In this document: in pieces, positions 51,220 through 64,000 of the stretch
How positions within the stretch are numbered: position 1 is the stretch's first letter
Layout of the letters: each line of letters opens with the position of its first letter
Origin: Vermamoeba vermiformis
Taxonomy: Eukaryota
Direction: 5' to 3'
NCBI GenBank assembly: GCA_045837725.1
Contig: JBEWZL010000006.1
Location: forward strand, 124,001-188,000
DNA length: 64,000 bases
Program-made: the position numbers and the translations under genes
The notes under the pieces: generated by a model
Database searches by the model: none
What the model saw: the letters and a program-made list of their open reading frames with translations, nothing else
Told to the model about the DNA's origin: nothing

Positions 51220-54031
51220 ATGGAGAAATTAAAAGAATTTACGAATACGCCCAATAGATTATTATTAACGAGCGTGTTGGCAATGAACTTTGTTCTGCTC
51301 ATCGCGTTCGTATTACAAAAAATTGGCATCTGGTATCACGTCTTGCTATTCCTGATTGGTTTAGGACTCGGATTAGGATCAGCTATTGGAGGAATATTTT
51401 ATTATATTACTAGAGCACAAGGCAAAACTGACAATTTATTGCTCACGTAAGTCAAATCCGGAAATTCTGTGTTATTTGAATCTTTCGTAATTTATTATTA
51501 ATACTAATATTATTGTAGTGCACGACAAAGAAATAGATCGTTTCAAGCCGCGCCTGATTGGAAAGAACAAGACCTTTATGAATTGGCGAAACAAGATGAG
51601 GCAAGTTGCAAATTACAACAGAAATTAAATCATCGGCTTTCGCCGGTATAATAACATTAATTGACCTTAATTATATTTAATAGTCCAAACCAATTGAGAT
51701 TGAAGGCCAAATCATGATCCAACTCGGTGGAAAAAAGAAAACTCGAACAGTTTATAACTGCTGCATTAAGGGAACGACGTTCTACTTCCAGAAGAAGGTA
51801 ATCATATTTATATAGTAGTAATACCTCAATCGATTTTGTTTTCGGAATTTCGGACCGAGGCAAACTAGATCCGTTGAATGAGATTTGACTCAACGTCTTA
51901 ATTAAGCTGCAACTTATTAGATACTCTAATACTATACTATCATATGTTCTAATCGCAAGTAATATAGAAGTCAAAAGATGAAGGCCACAAGATCCACGCA
52001 GTGCCGTTGATAGGTACCGAGATCCGTCGAATTGAGGAGAAACAAGGTCGATCGAGTAAATACACCATCGAGATTATGCATCCTCAACGCAAGATCATGT
52101 ATAAGGTCGATTACCTTTATTTGATCTCCGAATCCGCCAAAGACGTCGAGCGCTGGTACTTCGCCTTACTTCAAATTGGCAAAAAGAATACTCACGCTTA
52201 TTTAACACCTGTAAGTATCCCTAATCAAATTAATTTACATCAAATACCATTTCTTTAGCTTTTTTAAATTTAGCGTGCATAACTAATATTTGTTTTGTTA
52301 GCCTGTGTCGAAGAATAAGAGAAAATCGACCGCTGACATGAAGTTATCGACCTCTATGACTGACGGAGAAAAAGACTCGAGTCTAGTGCGCAATTACTTT
52401 ATGAATTTCTTGGCGAACCACGGATTTGACGGATTTAACAGAAGTACCTCGATGTCCCTCGGTGAGAGCGGATCACTTAAAGATAGTTATAGCAACCCTG
52501 GTAGTCCTACCTTTAGTCCGATGATGGACCCTAGAAAGAGCGCTCTTGAAACTAGCCACAAGAATAATAATCAGTACGTATTATACGTGTTATGAAAAGA
52601 ATTGGAATTGCATTGTTGTTAGAGAAATTCGGTTTATATTAATAACTTTCTATATTTAGAAATGAAGAACAATCTGAACCTGCAGTCGATCCGAACTTGC
52701 CACCTCCTGTTAGCAACAACATTAACATCAACAACTTTGATATTCGTCCCGAATCCGCTCATTGGTTCAATATTATCGCAGAGAGATTCTTCCAGAACAT
52801 TAGAGACTCTGCGGATATTGAGAAGAAGATCACCGAAAAGTTCTCGAGACGGATGAGCGAGAAGATCGAAGAAAAAGGTTTGCAAGGATATCTGCAGAAT
52901 GTAACGATCAAGGACATCGACTTTGGCTCGAGACCACCTGCATTTGAATCTATCAGACTTATTCCTGCTGACGAAGATCTTGCGTTGGATGCGAACATGG
53001 TTTACAACAATGGCGATGCTCGTCTTACTTTATCAGCCAAACTGAATCTGTCGTGGTTCTCTACGCAAGTTACATTCTCTGTGCGCTTAGTGTCAATGCG
53101 CGGACTTTTGCACGTGCGGATCCCACCCTTCCCTGCCGAAAGGTTCATGGTCTGTTTCTACGAAGAGCCTGATATGGAGTTCGTCATAGATATGTCATTA
53201 GGCGAGAGAGGCACGAGCTTGAACCTCGGAAAGGTGAAAGAAATGATTGCTAGTAGAATCAAGCTGGCTTTGGTCGAGCGATTTGTGCTGCCCAACAGAA
53301 AATACTTCAGAATTCCTGGTGCACCGAAGCGAGATCCAGGACCCAACACCAATCCCAACTACAAAGTCAATGTGGCCTTACAAAATAGATCGACTAGCGA
53401 TGGATTGTTGGAGAAGATTAGCGGCAAGCAAGTCGGTCAAGCAGTGCTCGTCAAGGACAACAGATCCGACGAGATTACTGCCGTGGACAAGGGCGTGGTC
53501 GAGGCACTCATCGAGAACGACTTACAGGACAAGATCAAGGCTGATTTGAGGGCTAAAGCTGTTGGCACGAGTTCGAACAATAACAGCAACGGACCTTCTC
53601 CGATCCCAGAAGATCTGATGGACAATATTGCGGAAGAAGACGAGTCTGAGACATATGATGAAGACCTCGAGCGACGCGCGAAGAATTTCTTCGAAAAAGA
53701 AGAGCGAATTTATACCGAGGACGATCAATTAGTACATAAGACCTCGTACACTTTGAACATGCCCAAAGTCCTCTTGAAGCGAAGGAGCGTGGAGAACCTT
53801 ACTCACTCGCATGCAGGAAGCCGAGCATCAGATTCGGACGATGAAGCAGACTCAGTCTCTGTTAGTGAAAGCTTGTCGACGGCGCAAAATTCGAAGCGTG
53901 CGCGGATCAAGGAGTCTTTGTCCAGGAAGAAAGATAAGCTCAAGAAGTTCTTTTCATCCTTTGGAAGTGGTGAAAAGAGCAACGAGAATTTGTTAACGAA
54001 TCCTATTAACATTCCAAGCAGCCCTAAATAA
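51220..54031 (+). CDS. TM + PH-like + SMP lipid-transfer protein (TEX2/Nvj2-like)
   Basis: N-terminal TM segments, a PH-like region (YLISESAKDVERWYFAL) and an SMP domain (PESAHWFNIIAERFF, IDFGSRPP, FYEEPDM, FVLPN). Confidence 0.8.
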
Positions 54032-54281
54032 TGTTAACGGTTCGAATCTGACATCCCGAAGTTTTTGTAAATAAATGTTTCATTCATTGGTAATGTAATG
54101 ATTAACATGTACTCGACGTTACACGAGCGTTACCGTCAATAGTTCACATAAACTGCCTCCCATAGTATTGCTTTTAAGGGAGGAAATTCAATTAGCCAAA
54201 AAACCGTTTGTTTGCCTAATAGATATTCGTATTTATTTTGTATATAACCGCAACGACTTTATATATATTAGGCCTATTATA

Positions 54282-58393
<4,112 letters not shown>

Positions 58394-58568
58394 ATTATTG
58401 CAATATTAATTTATTGGTAGCGATTATTTATTGACCTCTGTTATGATACAGAAATATTGTAAGCTATGATTAACTGTTTAAGTGCATGACTGCACGCTTT
58501 GAAAATAAAACGATTTGATTCAAAAAAACCGTTCCATTTTTATTCTGAGCTTGAAGACAGTACCAACT

Positions 58569-60063
58569 ATGAAGAAAACAAATAATAATAATAACAATAA
58601 GAATAATAACAATAATGCCAAGGGTGGAGCTCCTGGCAAGGGCAAATCTGACGCAGTAGATGACGGTCTTTTCAAACACTTGGAGCTAAGAAAGCGCGTG
58701 GTGATAGAAAAGCCTAACGATGGTACGTGGGGTGTCATATTTCATATCAGACGAATATTCTAAATATTTATTGATTTTTAAAATTAATTTCGTTCGATCT
58801 TGAAAACTTCTCAAAATTAGAATCATCGCTTAATTATCTTAATCAATTTAGGCGATAACACCGTGTCGATACTTTCATACAATATCTTATCGGAGGCTTC
58901 TGCGCAAAGCAATTGGTTTCCTAAGTCTGATCCAGAGCATCTGAAATGGTTACACCGAAGCAAAAATTTAATGCACGAAATTACTCACTACAAACCCGAT
59001 GTTTTCTGCTTGCAGGTATTATATATACCATATTCTCCTATTTTCTAATTATTTTAACGATATTCATGATTTAGGAAGTTGAAAAAGACGCTTACAAAGG
59101 AGATTTCGTGCCATTTTTTTCAACGGGCTTTGATTCAGTCTATAAACAACGCACTGCAAATAAGAATGATGGATGTGCTATATTTTGGGACCGCAATCGA
59201 TTCTATACTATGGGTCAAAAAGACGTAGAATTTGACGATATTATTCACTTGCCTGAGAATGCTAATGCCACCGCGGAACAAAAGTACGTTAAAATAATAT
59301 TAAATTTGATAAATTTATGCATTTTTATGTCAATCAAGCAAAAAGATTGAGCAGGATCCGCTACTTAACAAATCGTTCAAAATTATTTTTGCGAATTGAA
59401 GTTATTAATAGGACTCATTTATGTCATCTTAATGTATTATTATAGGCGTGATTGGGTGACAAGAAATGTCGCTACAATCGTTGTATTAGCCACGCCTGAA
59501 GTCAAACCATTCATCGTTGCCTGCTGTCACTTGTGGTGGCACCCGAACGTAAGATATTTCCAAAAAAGGAAATGGTCACTAATACTTGCTCTCAGCACGA
59601 GATATTGCGAGTAAAACAGTCGCAATATTTGTGTCAGAATGTCGCACAATTGGTCGAAGATCTTGGACTTGAAGATCCGGCGGTGTTTATTTGCGGAGAT
59701 TTCAATTCACGTTGGGGCAGTGACGTCACGCAATTCATGAAAAACAGAAATAACAACTTGCCCAATCCATTGCCGAATTTGCACAGCGCTTATGATAATT
59801 TTTTGCGACATTTGTTCAAAACAGAGGACGAAAAACAATTAGAAAAGGCCTTGAACACTTATCACACGCAATTTACACATGAATTGAAGTGTCATATTGA
59901 TTATATATGGTTCAATCATATCAATACACAAGTGATGGAGGTGTTAGAACTGCTCGATGAAGACAAAATTTTGAGTTCGTGTGGCGTGTCATTGCCGTCA
60001 AAATATTATTCGAGCGATCACGTGGCTTTGATGGCGACCTTCAAAATACCCAATATTCAGTGA
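58569..60063 (+). CDS. CCR4/Nocturnin/Angel-family EEP phosphoesterase
   Basis: SYNIL, DVFCLQEV, DGCAIF, CHLWWHP, ICGDFNS, IDYIW and SSDH. Confidence 0.9.
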
Positions 60064-60193
60064 ACCAATAATAAAATTGATAAACACTATAAAATTAATG
60101 ACTTGATCGTTTCTTTATTAAATTTATTCTAATGGTCCTACAAATGTTTATTTATTATATTTCTAAGAATTATTATTAAAGATAGATTTAACT

Positions 60194-62145
60194 TTAATAT
60201 GAAGGTTCTTTAGGCAAGTGGCTTCTGAGGAGCTTCGCGGTCGAGTAATGTAGAGTGCATTCAATAATACTTGTACCAGTCTCATCTTCATAATCTACTC
60301 GAGCTCCCTTGGCAATAAGAAACAGTAAGAAATCATTGTCGCATGATTCGGTTACGGCAATCATCAAAGGTGAGCACATCCGCTTTTTGTACAAACATGG
60401 TGCGTTGAGATCTGCTCCATATTCAAGTAGTAAGTTAATCCAATTATAAGTGTAATACATTTCCTTCGAATTCAATTTATGTATGGCTGTACCAAGCGGT
60501 GTCATGCGGTCACCGCGATGCAGATTTGGATCTGCTCCGTGACTCAACATCCGTTCAACGACAGCAAAAGAAGTATTTGATTCGATAGCACTGATCAACG
60601 GGGTAAGGCCACTGCTATCGACGTGATTGATTAAATTCAAGTTATCTTTGATCTGTTCCGATAAGTATGAGCTATCTGTTTTTATCCACGAATTCAGCAA
60701 ACATATTCCTTCGTGTTCCCATTTCGCGTCGACATCATATTTTGTCATTAAATGCTTGGATATTGTATACGGAAAGTAATCTGATGTTAATGCCAAAAAT
60801 AGATGAGATTTGTCCAACTTGACTAGCGCATCCACGTAGTATTCATAAGACAACATTTCGCTTATTTTTTCGTACGGAATGGAGCATTTGTACGTCGCCA
60901 TCGCTATGAAAAGATCCATGTCCCCCGTTACTTTCGCTTCAATTTTTGACCAATCTCGTAGATCTGCGATCTTTTTAAAAGAGGCCGCAGAGTCCACATT
61001 ATCAGCCATTGTTGTGTCTTTTTTATTCTTTTTCTGACTGCTTCGCATAAGTCAGGTCGCTGTCTAATGTATTCGACGATCTTTTCATTCCGGAGTATCA
61101 ATAGAAGACATTGTTCCAACTCCAGGCTGTAATTAAGTCTGGGCAAAATCTCCAAAGCTTCCCGGTAATTTCCTTTGCGGCATAAGCATATAAATATCGA
61201 TTCATCTGATGCTTGAAGCACTTTTGGTTCAACCAAGTAATAAAACGTTCGGAGATCATTCTTCAATCTGTCTTCTAGTCTATCGTCATCGTAGAATGCA
61301 TCTCTTGATTCAATACAAAGCTTGGTTGGAAAAATATAGCTTCGTTGGTAAAACAAATCGCTTTCGTATTCAAGTGATGTTTTTCCGCTTTGCAACACCT
61401 GTGCCATTTTTTTGTAATTCTCATTACGAAAGGCAGCGGCCAACTCAGTTTCGCCGAAATATCGAAAATATCGCTCGTACGATAATTCATTGTCCTCTAC
61501 TGGAATCTGTTCACCTCGAACAAATACTTTAACTGTTCTGGAATTTTGGTTTCTGCCAGTGAGCAGCACAAGCTCTTCCAATTGTTTAGCTACATGAAAA
61601 TCTGTAATATTTATCTCGAGATTCCCATCCAGTTGCAAACGAGTAACGTTTGGAAATAGTTTCAATACGAGATTTTCTATTGAAACCGTTTTGTAACCAT
61701 AGAAGCTGACGGCTAACGTTTTGATTTGCGGCAATGGTCCATAGCATTTATCTTTTTTAATATCGGTTGCTTGTACGATTAACGTGTCCAATCTTTTAGA
61801 CGCGTCCACAAGATTCTTAAGTGCAAATCGACCACACCGGCAGAATTCGGGAGTCAAAATATTCGGCTGATACTTTTGGACCATAAGTATTTGAGTACCA
61901 AGGGCATGTACATTGGAAACTTCTTTAAATGCAAGGTGCTTTTCTGCAATCTTTGCAGTTTCAACGATCCGCTTCCATCGTTTACAGACCACCGTAAAGC
62001 GCGTAACCCAATAAGTGAACCAAAAGTATTTGAATATGTGCTGCTCGATAATTTCATTAAGAAGATCGTTGAATGATAAAGGACCAGCAACGATCTGAGG
62101 CGCACCCATTGCTTGATCTGCGCATACTGCAGTGGAAGTGTCCAT
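60194..62145 (-). CDS. Intronless F-box + ankyrin-repeat protein, split by a -1 frameshift near 60973-61024
   Basis: ORF 60928-62145 has an F-box (FNDLLNEIIEQHIFKY...VVCKRWKRI). The overlapping ORF 60194-61048 has ankyrin repeats (GLTPLISA, GADPN, TPLGTA, GADLN). Confidence 0.65.
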
Positions 62146-62575
62146 TCAATGGTTGTGCCTTTGAACGTTAAACTATTTAAGTCTATTGTTTCTTGCTTGG
62201 TACTGAACTCCAAACGAAATGTGCTTTGATTCGCAGGCGAATTTTTTTTTACGCTCCGTGGCCGCTTTGCATTTGCAGATCTGCCAAAAAATAGCAATCG
62301 TGAGTAAGGCTTTCGTCGCGCATTGTTAGCAAAACAATTGCAAAAGAAGAGACCAGTTTCGTCGTCATAAAGAGGTTCATAAAAACGCCTTTGCATCTAC
62401 TGGATGCGGTTGAACATTCAACACATACTCTTCATTCTCAGACAAAAAGCTACGTGCTTGCAGCATCGTAACATATGCAAGTACCTTGTATTGATTTACC
62501 TCAGATTCTTGAGACTTGCCGTTGAGGTTCCAGATCCGAGCAGATTCGAGTATAAAATACAAGAGGGTTTATTTT

Positions 62576-64000
62576 CTAAGAAATAAAAGGATTGTTAGGA
62601 CTCGCCTGTATTCCATTCGGCAGTATTATTGTCGGTGCAGCTTGCGAGCCATCATTAGCATCGCTGTTATTTTCAACTGCAGATCCGTTTTGATTTTCGT
62701 TGTTGCTGATTGGTGCATTTGATTGAAATTCAGTGAACGAAATATCTTCGAAGAAAGCGCTCGTTGATAACGGCGCTTCTTTTTGAGGTGACACGTGATC
62801 TTTGAAGGCTTCAGCGGGATAACTCGAAAAATCATCGGATCCGAATGAAACTTTTGTCGGTGATTTCCCAGAAAATGAAACACGTAGTCTAGGCTTAGGC
62901 GCAGGAATAACAACTTCACTAGTCTTATCTTCAGGTGATAACTGATTGTTATTCTTCGGTTCGGTCGCTGGATTGATGTTGACCTGGAACTTTCCTTTTT
63001 TGGGTGTTGAATTTGCAGATAACGAAGGACGGCGGTATTGCGGTGGGTTAACGACAGCGCCAGTAGTATTGTTATGAATATAGTCCGATTGACTTAACGT
63101 GTTGTCATTGTCCTCGTCATCGTCTTCATTGTCCATGCTTGCCAAGTCCTTTTCACTATATGCTCGTTTGAATACGGGCTTGTTTTCATCGTCCTCTTCG
63201 TCATCTGAACCCGTCGGAGATCCCACGGGAAAATCCGATTTGTTTCTACGATGACCAAACGCTCTTTGCGGCGTTGGCTTAGGCTTTTTATGCTCCTCAC
63301 CAAGCACGATAGAACTGGTCAAAATAAAATTAATAAATATAAATTTCTTCGAAATTAATGAATTTTTACGTACTCAGCGATTGGCACGATTTTTTTCTTG
63401 AGCTCATCCATTTTGTTCATGAACAGACCAAAATTCTTTTTGAAGCCTTGATTAAAGACGTTCAAATGGGCATCAATATTACTATAGTACTATTAGTATA
63501 GCTATCTAACATAATTATACGCATCACTTACGTTTTTAAGTTGGTCAACGATTGGTCAAACTCGGTTTTTCGACTCAAAGTGTCAGCTTGGTTCTCAAAT
63601 GTAACGAAGATCAATTCGTTATTGAATTTGCTCGGCACGTCTTTGAAGTTTTTGGGCAGTTGTTGATTCGGATTCGATGCGCTAGGATAAAATAATTCGC
63701 CTTTGTGTTTGTTGAAATGCGCCTCTCGTTCGGCCATAAACCTTTCGAACATTTGCAAATTGCAAAAACTATTCATAAACTAGATATAAATAGCATTAAT
63801 ATCATTATATATAGATATATAATATTTAAATATTGATTACGTACGTATGAAGCTTGTTTCGGTTGCTTGCTCAAAAACAGATCTTTTTCGAACTCGTACT
63901 GGCCATTAACTTGCTTCATATATTTCTTATAACTACCAATTAATAGCAAAAAGAATTGTCTGAATCCACTTCGAACAACCTCTTCGTCAGCTGATTGCGT
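62576..64000 (-). CDS. DENN-domain protein, C-terminal part (5' end outside the window)
   Basis: dDENN-like FRQFFLLLIGSYKKY...FEKDLFL...FLNSFCNLQMFERFMAER, followed by a long disordered tail. The 3' end is uncertain. Confidence 0.65.

Noticed and set aside
61854-62562. ORFs between the F-box/ankyrin and DENN genes
   Set aside because: No recognisable motifs, they partly overlap the F-box ORF in another frame, and I could not build a convincing spliced model.

Overview
Gene-dense, intron-rich eukaryotic DNA with short AT-rich GT-AG introns and CTAAY-like branch points. The actin sequence is amoebozoan-like, but the organism is only inferred. Gene models were spliced and translated by eye. About 27 protein-coding genes are present: V-ATPase subunit C, IFRD, Rab14, a Rieske-domain protein, actin, F-box proteins, SNF8/Vps22, a receptor Tyr-kinase-like kinase, two TMEM254-like paralogues, a secreted FG-GAP/CARDB protein, a PD-(D/E)xK+kinase protein, a homeodomain/PNUTS-like protein, SF3B2, kinesin-5, PPOX, DDRGK1, a DUF4436-like protein, HMBS, CCDC22, a PH-SMP protein, a USP15-like protein, a CCR4/Angel-family EEP protein and a partial DENN protein. 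The most striking feature is a complete Pol III cassette, tRNA-Val(CAC) + tRNA-Gln(CTG) + 5S rRNA, nested in sense orientation inside the 1046-nt last intron of SNF8. Other notable points are a Crinkler-like nuclease-kinase gene, a bacterial-type intron-rich surface protein flanked by decayed direct repeats, clustered intronic TGACACGTGTCA palindromes, an E2F/Myb/CHR-type promoter on kinesin-5, and an F-box/ankyrin gene split by a -1 frameshift.
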